Origin: Octopus bimaculoides
Taxonomy: Eukaryota
Assembly: GCF_001194135.2 (NCBI RefSeq)
Contig: NC_068984.1
Span: 71,428,838-71,473,105, forward strand
DNA: 44,268 nt
Reading direction: 5' to 3'
The notes beneath the pieces were generated by a model. The model made no database searches. It was not told where the DNA came from and saw only the letters and a list, made by a program, of their open reading frames with translations. The position numbers and the translations under genes are program-made. Every line of letters starts with the position of its first letter. The first letter of the stretch is position 1. Positions 11,290 through 22,838 of the stretch are shown here, one piece after another.

Positions 11290-12240
11290 ACAAAATGGAC
11301 ATACCCCTAACCTCGTCCTAGTCAGAAAAAAATGTGTTCATAGCTCAAAGTTGGTCTATAGAAACGAAGAAAAACACTTTAAAATACGGTGAGGTTTCGG
11401 TTCCTGAAGGCCGACGTATTATTTGACTCATCCTCAAATTTTATTATATAATGAGAGGCGGTTAACTCTCTCCCTATGAAGTAGGGATTGCCCTGATCAA
11501 AGTTACTAATAAGCTATTGAAACATCTCCCCAAGGAACCCCAAGTAGGCATGGAAACGGACGATCCGTTCGGTATGCTGTATATTTACTAAGGTAGATGA
11601 CCCGTTCACTCTTCTCTCCTACCAAAACGGCAAATCTGAGAGTCGAATACATGTGGCCTAGAGTCGGTCTAGTAGGAAGGTCATCTTCCCAATGGCCTCA
11701 AGTCGCTGGCTGTAGATGTGGTAGTCACCAGGAAGAGCAAGATTTCTTGCAGACGTTGTTCTGCGCATATTTTTGACGTCACTGAGATCTAAGCATCACT
11801 TTGTCGACCTGGAATGGTAGGTAAAGTGGCAGTGGTGTTTCAGAGATAAGGGGCTCTAAGATGAGGCAGATCTTCCTGGACTCGGACGGTAAATTGGTGA
11901 TTCTGGACGTTGGTAGCTGCAAAGGTGGTTTCTTGAGACTAGGGGATATCTATGCTCAATCGTTTAGATGTTTTCCTAGGAACACCTCCCTCGTAAATGT
12001 TAATGGGAAACTGAAACGTAACTTTACATGCATGTCTGGACTGTGTAGCTCTAATGGATAGTAAAATGTGGCACAAAAGCCTTGCATACCTGCTGAGCTA
12101 ATTAACAGGTTATGACTGGATAGCCCCAATGTACCTCCACGGATATGTCCAAATTCCATCAGGTCACTCAGGTCATATTTATATAGAACTTTCTGTAGGC
12201 TCGGAGACAAAAACAGCTTAGGTTGTCGACAACTTAAAGT
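11290..12240. mobile_element. GC-elevated island of probable transposable-element origin, family not identified
   Basis: Abrupt compositional shift relative to the flanks and several partly open frames with scattered stops. No diagnostic RT, endonuclease or transposase motif recognised. Confidence 0.35.
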
Positions 12241-13082
12241 AGTCGGTTACATAGACTTTAAATTTGTAATTTGTATGGTTGAAAGAGATGGGGTCCACAA
12301 GCATGGACCCTGTTACCGGAAACTGAATGCTTCTTTCCCGGCTTTCATACACCTGGTTAGCAATTTCAGCCATCGGAAGATGATAGGTGCAATCATCGGT
12401 AACTATATGTTGATAAACATTAAAAGAGCTCTGACAGTAAATGCATTAAGGTGAAGTAAAGAAATAACGACAAAGCGTTCTAGAGCAGAGGAACACATAA
12501 TAAAGAAGCTAGAAGAGGCATGTAGAAATGGCATAGCGACAAACGTGTACTACCTCGAAGAATATTACTCGAATGAATCGACTGTATTAAAAATTGTATA
12601 GCACTCGTACAATCGAACAACAACCGCATCACAACATGTCTTGTATGATATCCATCAGATCCAATGACAACAATCATTGCGGTACAATACAGTGAAACGA
12701 TATAGTCATGTATGTAGGGCTTGTAAGATGTTTGCCATTGGGAGTACCGAAAAGGATTGAATTAACAAAGGAAAACGTATTGCAGGAAAATATTTTAACG
12801 ACAGGAGGAAACTTTAGCCTGCTCATGATTATATGAGCAGCATCACAATGATCATGTCAGAGATATTGGATTTACAAGTCACTACATTAACAGGAGTCTT
12901 TCGGTTCACGGGAGCGTCACGATGGTGGGCTTTCTAGTCTGTATCTAGTGTCAAAACTATGAAACTTTGTGGCGCTGTCTAGCGTCGGATCGATGATATA
13001 TGAATAATACTCAACATCTTGATCGATTGGATGACGGTGCGAGCAGGAAATCTAGGATTACATTACCTGCAGTCGTCGTTAC

Positions 13083-13302
13083 TTTATCAAAGAAATTAGA
13101 ATTTGATTTGATGCAAATACAGCTGTTTTTCCTCGCAACTCAGCTGCCTTCATAACGAGCTCGTCGCTACCAGTTAGATACATAATGAATGGACGTGTGC
13201 ATAAACCCAGCAAGTTATTAACTCCACTAATAAGTTTATAATTCAATTTCACTCTTAGAGACTGGATCAGCATTGTAGAAATATTTGAATAATCAACTGA
13301 AC
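13083..13302 (-). CDS. Candidate internal coding exon (GSVDYSNISTMLIQSLRVKLNY...YLTGSDELVMKAAELRGKTAVFASNQILISLI)
   Basis: 220-nt open frame between tattag| and AAA|gtaacg. No confident homology. Confidence 0.25.
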
Positions 13303-13839
13303 CTAATACATAACGTGCACTTTAGCCAATTAGAAAATTTAATCTACTCTTCGCATTTTCATAGGAACTGAATTTTGAATGGAGGATGGCAACATTACGC
13401 CGTCACACAATTTACTAAAAATCATAGCAGCAACATGTTTTATGCTATACTACACTGTTTTGAAAAAAAAATACATATTGGACAATGTATTGAGTCAGCC
13501 CATAAATAATGCGGTTCCTCCTATTGCATGAACTAAAATCAGAGCCGGGCGGGATTAACTACCTGCATCAACTTGCTATAAAAGCAGGTAGCAGTTTACC
13601 TTGTCCTTAAACTTAGCGCAAGTTTTGAAGAGTGCAGTTCAATTTTAACAATTATTTTTTAAAACCTATAATGGAAGTGACAAAGATGCATATTCGGCAT
13701 ATTTTACTTTATGAGTTCAATAACAGTTCCATTTGGTAACTATTTTCACGATCATGTACCAATAGATACCTTATTAATGATACATGCAGAACACGTTCAA
13801 TTATATATTATTATATTTACATGTTTGTTTCATTGACAG

Positions 13840-13909
13840 GACACTCAGTGAACAATTTCCTCAACAGCTTCTAAAATACACTGAAATTAGAAAATGGACA
13901 GAAATATAA
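13840..13909 (+). CDS. Candidate terminal coding exon (xTLSEQFPQQLLKYTEIRKWTEI*)
   Basis: Acceptor ttgtttcattgacag|G, open frame to TAA at 13907-13909, AATAAA at 14052-14057. Confidence 0.22.
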
Positions 13910-14446
13910 AATCCCGGAATTCTTGCATATCCTAGGAACAGACAATACCACAAAATTGAACCTGCATTACTGATCCCGCTTCTTGTGAACTTTTCCACCG
14001 ATGCAATAGTAACTTTTATTGCTACACTATTCAGCACAACGACCTATCACAAATAAAATCTAAGTATAAGACATTTTGCATGGCTTCTTATTAAGAAATG
14101 GATACATTTTTTCAAAAATTTCCAATTACACGTGCCTTGGAGCAAGGCTGTATAGTCACCAAAATTATGAAGTTAATATTTCGTAATTTCAATATTAGCA
14201 AATTCCGCATTTAAACATATAAAAGAAACAGTAGTGTTCACACTATTTCAATTATATTAGTTATTAAACTATGTAAAATCCTGAATCCTGATTTACCCAT
14301 GAAAAGTGTTTCAAATACAAACTAAAATTGGTGTACATAATCTAACGTGACTTTATATTTCTTTTACTGTGTATTATCGCTTTTTGTTACTGACGTATAA
14401 CAGAATATTACGACATATAACGTTATATGGGAAAGCATTTGATTAT

Positions 14447-14683
14447 TCAATCAATCAAGTAGAAACTGAATACGTTATATACGGCTAAATGTTCTGATGA
14501 ACTACTTAGTCTCTCTTCTGCTAACTTAGTTTTTCTCGCTTTCTCGTTCAGTTCCCTCCTATCAAAATCGGTAACATAGTCGTGTATATTCCCCTGTTGT
14601 TTATTTCTACCACTCAGTGAGAAAGTAACATGAGAAAGCAAGTCGGAATTTAACTTTACTATAAGTATCAATGCTGCCTTCAT
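14447..14683 (-). CDS. Candidate first coding exon / short ORF (MKAALILIVKL...RELNEKARKTKLAEERL...)
   Basis: ATG in A-rich context (aaagaaaATGA), protein-like composition, and a strong upstream donor CAG|GTAAGG at 14921/14920. No homology recognised. Confidence 0.22.
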   Translation of the reverse strand: MKAALILIVKLNSDLLSHVTFSLSGRNKQQGNIHDYVTDFDRRELNEKARKTKLAEERLSSSSEHLAVYNVFSFYLID

Positions 14684-17229
14684 TTTCTTTAGCAGTTTAT
14701 TATAATCAATATAATCAAGATCTATTCACACGCACTATTTCAGTAGTCTCCTTTTGGATGGAGTTCGGCAGAGAAGGAAGCGGTAATTGCTGCATAAGTA
14801 GCGCATGTATAACTGATAAAATTTAGATATAGTGAATTGCGATATATCGCTTTCAAAAATGTCTCGAAATGTCTCTAAGAATCCATATTTTCACGAATGT
14901 TAACCTATGGATATCCTTACCTGAAAATATATAGATTGGAAGGGAAAGCGTGAGGGAATAAAGGATGCAATAAATATTAGTGGTAATATAAGGACTGATA
15001 GCAGAATGCAACTACCAGAAATGGGACGATTGAGTGTGGCGAATATGTGTGCTTAGAAAGAAGGCAAACCGAAAAATGCTTGGATGATGAGGCAGTGTAT
15101 CGGATAAATTACAAAAAACATTTAATAAGGGCAGCGGTATTTTTAATTTCCTTTCACTTTTTAAAAAAAATTATAATGCTGATTAATTACATAGGATTGG
15201 AGCATATTCTAATTCATCGTTCTCCAGTTCTTAAAGACTACCTTATTTATCGATCAGGAGAAGGGAATATCAAAATCGTTTTCGACGGATTTTCGTTACC
15301 GACTCGAAGAGCTAGAAATATTATATGCCATTGTTTTAGTTTCCTTTTGTTCTCTCTCTGAATGACAATTCTGCCTATGTAAATTATATTTTTTTTTAAA
15401 CTGAATTTAAAAAAAACACGAAAAAAAACTTATAAATAAAGAATGTAACTCTTAAATGAAATAGCAGTGTTTTGCAAAATTTAAATTACTGAAAAAGCAG
15501 ATTAGATATCCAACATTAAAATCTACGTGATTTTGTTTCCGAAACCGTAATTCATTCTTCCTGGCAAAATAAAATACATATCTACACGCAAGCGTTGTAT
15601 GTTCTCTTAAATGTAGAACAATGTTGAATTACTTAGGTGGTGAGATATTCATTGTGACATACAATAACTGTGACATAAAATAACTGCACCCTTGTGTAAT
15701 AGCTCATATGTGAACCTGGACACATGAACCTATAGTGTAGTAATAGCTCTTCCATTGACACACTGCATTATGTGCAACTTGCAGAAATATGTATATGTAG
15801 TAATATGCTATATACATATATATGATATAATGTAGTGATTCGTTTAAGGCATGAAATAAGGTAATACGCTCAGGTTTTCTATAATATGTGTTAGCATAGA
15901 TCTTACCGTAAGAAATAATCAAACATCAACTGAAATAATCAACAGTGAATCTCTGTCGAATACAGAAACAGTGTTTTAACCGAGTATTTATTGGCAGCAA
16001 TTTAATAAAATCTTAAAACAATAGAAATTTTACATTCTTTTTCTTGTGTTCATCAATAGAATTTTCAGATGGTTGAATATGTATTACACATAGCTAAATA
16101 CTAGCAGTAAACACTAGTATCTCAAATGTTAGTATAAGTTAACAACGGTACATAATAGAAGCTATATTATAAAATATCTGACCATAAACATTCAGCCGGT
16201 GAAAAGGACTTTTACAATGCATTTGGCTGCTTAAGAATTATTGTAAAACAAGAGTTAACAGACAACATCAAGTTGTATTGATTGTGATTACGTCTGTTTT
16301 ACTACAGTTATCTTAGATCTTTCATTCTAGTCTATAGCCATTAAATTCATTCATGTGTACATCGGATTACATTTGCTACCGATATAGCAATTTTAGTAGA
16401 CACTATTTAACTTTTATTGCCATTTTTTCTGCCCTTTTATAGAGTTTCACACTTGGCTCTGTATCCAATTCATTAATGCTTGAAAGCAGCTCTCTGGTCA
16501 AAGTAATAAATACGCATATTATGTGATCAGATTACGTTTGATGCATTTAAGTGATTAGCTATCTCTCTAGCTATCTTTAAAGTTTCAAATATCCTTCACA
16601 ATAAAATAATTATGCTGCACATCTATATTTTAAACAAATTTCTCTCAGAAAAATTGAAGGTTTGGCGAGAAAATTTACTTTTCATCGCATAATTTTGATG
16701 CAGCTGAGATTTTCTCAGACATAGATAAGCATAAAAGCCGCAGATTAATTTCTGCGGGATTCTATTACTTTCAAATAAGATCGGAAAGATATAATTATAA
16801 ATTAGACCTAGTTATAACTTAGAATTAACCAACTAGTTTTCTTTAGACTTCAAATTCCACAAAACATATCACCTGGATTTCCAGCATTAGTTGTGCTTGT
16901 ATTACCAAAGAAATATGTGCCACAGTTCTAAGTTAATGCAGACCAGACGTTGAGCATATAATATTGCAGAAAATCTGCGAGAGAGTGAAGCAGTATTTTG
17001 GAAAAGGGACTGAAAAATATGATGAAGTCATCTAATTTTCGCTGATGTGACACATATAGTTAAATTTCTGCGTGTACTATGCAGTTCCTTAGTTTTGACA
17101 CACACTGCATCCACCTATCGTATAGTCGTGAATGGCAAGCTTATATTACTCAGCATGTACCATTGTCTGTCGGCCCCCAGAACTAGACTTCGTCGTAATA
17201 TTATCTTTTAGTTATGCTTGCTACTCACT

Positions 17230-17230
17230 T

Positions 17231-17276
<46 letters not shown>
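17230..17276. repeat. (CT)n microsatellite
   Basis: Directly visible. Confidence 0.95.
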
Positions 17277-17277
<1 letters not shown>

Positions 17278-17779
17278 TCTCTGTCTAGCTGTCTGTTTGT
17301 ATGCGTCTGTCTTCTTCATTCTCTACATTTCTGTGTAAGTGGTTTTATGGAAGTGACAATGTCCCTTGTAGTCCTACTCTGATATTTTGAATATGTGTCT
17401 CTTGATTCAGAGGTTGGAGCATGAGCAGCAGCAAGGAGTATGGAAGCAAGAGGTAGTTTAACAAATACTACAGTTCACTTATTTTGGGAACTAAGTCGTC
17501 TATGGGTGGTATGTATTTGTAGATATGAACAGCTTTCGGTGTGTTATTTGTAGTTTAGTGCAGTTTGTATAGGAGATATTAAGCATACAAGCAAGAAAAT
17601 ATTAATTGCATTTTTTGGCGAAGCGTTGGGTTTTATGACGTTCTGTTTTATATAGTTTTAGTAAAATATTTTCTTTTAATTTATGAATTTTTGTCGCAGT
17701 TTGGGAAACAGTATATTTTGATTTTGTGAGAGTATTTTTGGAAATAGCTGATGTGCTACTCTGCGAGAACAAAATTCAA

Positions 17780-17940
17780 ATTGGACCCCACCTGTAAGGT
17801 CATGCGCTGTTTATCTTGATACGATATCACCACGTCGGACACGATTAAGTAAATTTCAGTTGATCGCAAGGATCAATGTAATCGGCTTACCGCTTCTTCG
17901 GTATTGCTGGTCCTGTACCAACATTTGAAACCAGTATTAT
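17780..17940 (+). mobile_element. Repeat fragments: unclassified interspersed repeat (17780-17845) followed by a SINE family A 3' part (17858-17940)
   Basis: ggaccccacctgtaaggtc..ttatcttgatacgatatcaccacgtcg, then gatcaatgtaatcggcttacc..gctggtcctgtaccaacatttgaaaccagta, which matches the tails at 25.38 and 34.70 kb. Confidence 0.6.
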
Positions 17941-20300
17941 TTTGCTAGAGATTAGAAAAATAACGGTAAAATATTCAGCTTTAGGGCCTTCACGAATTTA
18001 ACATCAATATCATTAAGCAATCATTTCATAAAATTGAATGTTTTTCAGATATTACCCATTAAACACCATTAGAGCAAATATGTTTAAAATAAAACCTACA
18101 TAACAATGTTATAACAACAGTTAACCAATTAAGATATAATTCAATATAATTTAATTCTCTTTTATAACAGCAATTAGAATACTACTAAGTTGTGAAATTG
18201 AATCATCATTGAAGTGTTAAAAGAGATATGATCCATTTTTCTAATTTCAAAATTTACTTTGATTTTATATCATACATTTTTAAATTGCATGATGTTAAGT
18301 GCGTTACGTTTATAACACATTCGTGGTTTCTTTTCCTGGATCTATCGATAAGTGGTGTCGTTGATACGGGCTCTTTACTTCGCCTTGTTCCAGCATGATC
18401 AACAGCAAATTTATGCCAGGCTAAACTAGCTTGTGCTTTCTTATTCTATAGCTGCTATATCATTCATGCTTCAATGGATATTGGGTTAAAAAAACTGAGT
18501 GCATGTCCATAATTGCGCGCTAATAGGCAGACAATTGAAGATTTAAAGTATAGTATATACTCTCAAAGGATGCTTATCTACATGCGGCGATTTTCGTAGT
18601 TAACCATGAAATGTAAAGTTCTTGCGGTGAGCCACTGCTTAGCTCTACCAGTCATTGTACTATGATGGGAATATCATGAGCGAGTGAATATCACTTATCA
18701 TCACACAGCGCACCCTGTCCGATTTTCGTGGTCGAAGAGGAGATAACCACTCTGCATTTTTTTTCATCTGACAGTCTGGGTAGATGGGGCTACGAATTGA
18801 TTTTCAGGACGTTATACCATTTGCCTACAGCGACAAATTTTCTCCATGAAAAAACACAGTGAATGATATTTTTACGAGTTCGAATATGCTCCAGACATAT
18901 TTGAACTGGTAACGTCTTTGTATAAAATGCACAACTACCATATTTAATCCGTTTTGATATGTGATGAAGTAAATAACGCAATACAAATCTAACAAAATCG
19001 CAAATCGTATATCATGCTGGGATTTCTCATACACTCATTTAATGGATACAAAAAATAACTATCAATAAATGTACAATGTATCTTTCATGTTAACATTGTG
19101 GTATATCATATGAGAGTGCACTCGATTTTGTAACCTCTCTGTACAGAGCGATTTCAAATATAATCCTCAGGTGTGCCTCCTAACTGAAAATTTCCTATTA
19201 AATAAAAGGAACATTATAATCAATGCTGTCTATCATACAATTCTTTGAACTACTGTCAATGGATAAAGTTAACGTTGCATTTCAAGTTTGAATGAAGAAG
19301 ACTTTAAAGTAGCTGAGTCACGCGGCAATGGAATTATAACACTGTTTGTGCATTAATATTTTTGAGTTCAGTTTTAGATTAGGCTTTCTTTATATTTCCC
19401 TTTCTCGTTGATTAATAACAAATAATTATTACCAAGAAATGGGAGAAAATTTAGTTAGATACCCACTTCAATCCACAAGATTTTCTGTTTACGAAAGAAA
19501 ACGATAATATTACTTTCGAGTTTAATTATGTACACGAACATCAATTATTCGTGACTAATACAAGTTTTATTCGCTGGTTAAAACGTTTAATATAGGGACC
19601 ACAACAAAGATTTTCCATTTTCAGTTTATGATAAATGACCATCACAGTGGTTTTTGCACCACAACCAGTATCTATATTTCCAAAAGCCGAAATGCTTCTC
19701 TCACGAAATAACCATAGAACGGAGTCCCGAGGAAGCATTCGTTCTTCAAATTAGATTTGCAAAACAGCATCATAAACAATATTTAATTATCTTTACTAAT
19801 AGATAATTACTTGTGCTTGTGTAGAATATGCCAGGGTGAAATGTTACTCATAATGGAACTCACAGGGTCAAGAGTATGAGAAGCGACATTGGAATATTAG
19901 CTTATAATTTCTGTTTATGCGGTTTAAATATGGCATTTACTTTCCTCTATGTACTTTACTCAAAGTGGTATGCCTCAGCTTTATTCTCAGCATTCTGTTT
20001 ACTGAAATTGTGTGTTTATTAAATACAAAAGAGAAATAATTTGTCATGAAATGTTTCTGCATTGATGCTGACTAATGAGTTTGATACACGTGGACATATT
20101 TCTCATCAACTGTACAGGAAACTTGTTCATGTATGTTTAGTACCTACTTTTATTACGGGGCAATGTAAACTCTCGTAATAATTACATCTAGAATTATGTT
20201 TATAGCAATTTGTATACAAAAGACAAAATGTGTTCTAATAGATACACATGGAGAAGCAATTCCCCAGAACTTACGGAGACCGTCTTCGTATGGTGTAAGG

Positions 20301-20345
20301 CAGCAATGTCTAATACGCGACCTGTAGGGCGCTTTCGGCCATTTT
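20301..20345 (+). mobile_element. Degraded hAT (SPIN/Charlie-type) terminal sequence
   Basis: cagcaatgtctaatacgcgacctgtagggcgctttcggcc resembles CAGG..TGTCCAA..TGCGGCCCGCGGGCC termini after CpG decay. It lies downstream of the hAT ORF remnant. Confidence 0.4.
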
Positions 20346-20467
20346 CAAACACATGTGTAGCCCACGTGTGACATTGCTCGAGGTTTAAAAATGGACAATC
20401 AAAAACATTATTATGATAAAAACAATCAATAATAAGTCAATAAAGAATAAGTATTCGGATTACAATT

Positions 20468-20562
20468 AATAAGTCCTGGGGTCGATTCCTGGAAATAAAA
20501 CCCTTTAAGGCGGTTCTCTAGCATAGCCGCAGTCAAATGACTGAAACAGCTAAAAGTAAAAG
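20468..20562 (+). mobile_element. SINE family A 3' tail fragment
   Basis: aagtcctggggtcgattc..aaccctttaaggcggttctctagcatagccgcagtcaaatgactgaaacagctaaaag. Confidence 0.75.
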
Positions 20563-20699
20563 TAATGGAAATTGGCGTATGAGGGATGGATTTGAGTGTG
20601 TGTGTTGTGTCTTATCCGTAATTTGTATGAACACAATTACGTATGCCCGCTATGTAAGAGCTAAACTGCAAGCTTAACCAAGTTAAAATTATATTCATG

Positions 20700-21350
20700 G
20701 ACGACTTATTCCACGCTCTGAAAAATAACAGAATTGTTTATAGTATTATGCATTGCTACAATTTCAAGCAATTTTTCATAAATATTAAATTCAACATTGC
20801 AACCCTTTTTAGAATTAGCAAACAGTGCTAAAGCCGGCAGTTGCATAAAAAGCAACCGAAAATGTTCTAAACTTGATGATACAGCTTTCATCTGTCCTTA
20901 GTCGTCCGACATTTTATGTATCCTTTGTATCACAGCATTTCTTGTTAAAGAAATATCTTTGAATGTCTTTGGTTTCCCAGGACAAATACCTTCGACCGTT
21001 TTCACCAGATTGTTTTTTTGAAGTGTCCGTCACTTCGATTTTCCAAAGCTAGCAATCATTCGACTCACTTCATAACTTGCAGTAACAAGGGCAAAATTTC
21101 CTCCTAGAATTGTTTAGAAATCTCGCCTGTTCAACTCTTTCTGTTTAATACACCCATGGGACCTTCTTATTTAGCCGTGAATTTTCGTAGTGTATTTTCA
21201 AATTGCATTCCTTCAGAGTGGTGATGCAGGTATTACAAATTAAGCAGGGTATCTTTGAGTTAAGGGCTGTGCAGAAATATTGTGGCCCCCACTTTTCCTG
21301 AAAACCACAACCTATCTCGTTCAATCTCCTTTTTTCCCATCTGCCTAAAT
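20700..21350 (-). mobile_element. hAT (SPIN / GTF2IRD2-EPM2AIP1-like) transposase pseudogene, N-terminal half
   Basis: KRRLNEIGCGFQEKWGPQYFCTALNSKIPCLICNTCITTLKECNLKIHYE (BED-like zinc finger), ALVTASYEVSRMIASFGK, ICPGKPKTFKDISLTRNAVIQRIHKMSDD and FNIYEKLLEIVAMHNTINNSVIFQSVE, with stops and frameshifts. Confidence 0.9.
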
Positions 21351-21889
21351 ATTGGAATAAAGTCATCGATCCCATTTTGCAAAGGTGTACTACAAATGCG
21401 TACGGACTGCCTGGAGTATATAAAAGCAACAACAGATAAGAAATTTCTGTTCTTTCTTAAACACCAGTGAGGACTAAACAAATGCAATACTAGTTACATC
21501 TCTATCATATCTCTATCTTCAGAGCTGAGTTATAGAAAGATGCATGATTAATGAATTTATTTAATTCTTTAGTTTTATGTGATAGTTATAATTTCTTGCG
21601 TTATAGAAATTTTCTTATGCTTATTTAAGTGTATAAATTCATTTAGCGTCTTTATATTAATTCAATACAGTAAATATGTTTTATGACAAGGCGCTCGAAA
21701 ACGGAAAATGTTTTTGAGCGAACTAGGATATTGTTAAAGGGTTAGAAATGGTAACAATACTCATTCAAATAATTCCTCGACAGCTCTGTCTTTCTCCTCT
21801 CCGTGCCCAATTCTGCTAAAACACTAATTCATTCTACATCTTCACTTTTCTTGCTGTTTACTGCTTGGCTACAGCATATTAATAAAAGG

Positions 21890-22023
21890 TGACCGGCAAA
21901 TTTGAGCGTCGGGAAATGAAACGTTTTGCTAAAGAACTCAACGTGTCGTCCTCTCCAGGAATCGAAACCACAATGTTACAATCATGAGTCCAGTACCCTA
22001 ACCACAAAGCAACATGCCTTCAC
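21890..22023 (-). mobile_element. tRNA-derived SINE 5' part (family B-type head)
   Basis: Minus strand: gtgaaggcatgttgctttgtggttaggg (A-box region)..gtggtttcgattcctgg (B box)..acgttgagttctttagc. Confidence 0.75.
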
Positions 22024-22790
22024 TAAGATTAAATAGTATCATTTTATGAAGTTTCACAGCATAGATGATATATTTCCCACGAAGCATATGTTCATAACCG
22101 TTAGTACATTGTAGTAGATTTAACGTGCGTTTTGTGCATCGCTCTGTAGGAAAATATGGTGAAAGTTTAACAGGTAATATTAATTAATCAAAAACATTAA
22201 GATTTGCTCTGCAGTGGAAAGTATTTTGCTTCTTCATGCTTAAATTTTTTTGTTCCAAATGTCATTGAAATCTTTGAAAAATGTTTACCGCTTCTGCGAA
22301 AATCAGGTTTAATACAATACTCTCGTACGTTATTTATGATATGTTTGTATTTTAAGGCCAAATTCAATCACAACGATTGGGAACTATGTGCAAAGGCGTT
22401 CCAAATAACAATTCAATCCTATTTTTCAGCGGCACTACGTATTCCACACTACATGAAACAATATGTCCAATTAGAAACTTCGAGGATGGTCTTAGTTGGT
22501 ATATCTTTAGTAAGCTATGCCTGAAATAATGAAGTACAATTCTAATAAATCATTATTTTAGAAATGGAATTTGAAATGACTACCTGTGAAGTTTGTATCA
22601 GATTGTACAAAATTCCAGAAACTTCAATGAGCCCACTAATTAGATATTTTACTGTCCTCCAGATAACCAATCTTTGAGATTATTTGGAGATTTACTCCAA
22701 AATACTCAACATGATTTTATGCAAAAGAAGGAATTGTTTACTTAATTGTACTTTCCTTCATTATTGTAATATTGCAAACTTGATACTTAC

Positions 22791-22838
22791 CTATTTATAG
22801 CCACGAGGAATATGTTGCTTATTATGAGTTTGACGGAA
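22791..22838 (-). CDS. Candidate symmetric 48-nt exon (xSVKLIISNIFLVAINx, phase 2-2)
   Basis: Acceptor aatcctcttactcttag|, perfect donor AG|GTAAGT, and one frame open through the donor (a second ends in TAG at the junction). Confidence 0.3.
   Translation of the reverse strand, partial: FRQTHNKQHIPRGYK

Noticed and set aside
11391-11440. GATGAG...CGAAAC on the minus strand as a third hammerhead
   Set aside because: No convincing stem II or stem I pairing and no NUH triplet in the right place.
12420-13060. Long plus-strand frame with scattered stops (SRAEEHIIKKLEEACRNG...)
   Set aside because: Stop density is not clearly below random for this composition, and no motif was recognised.
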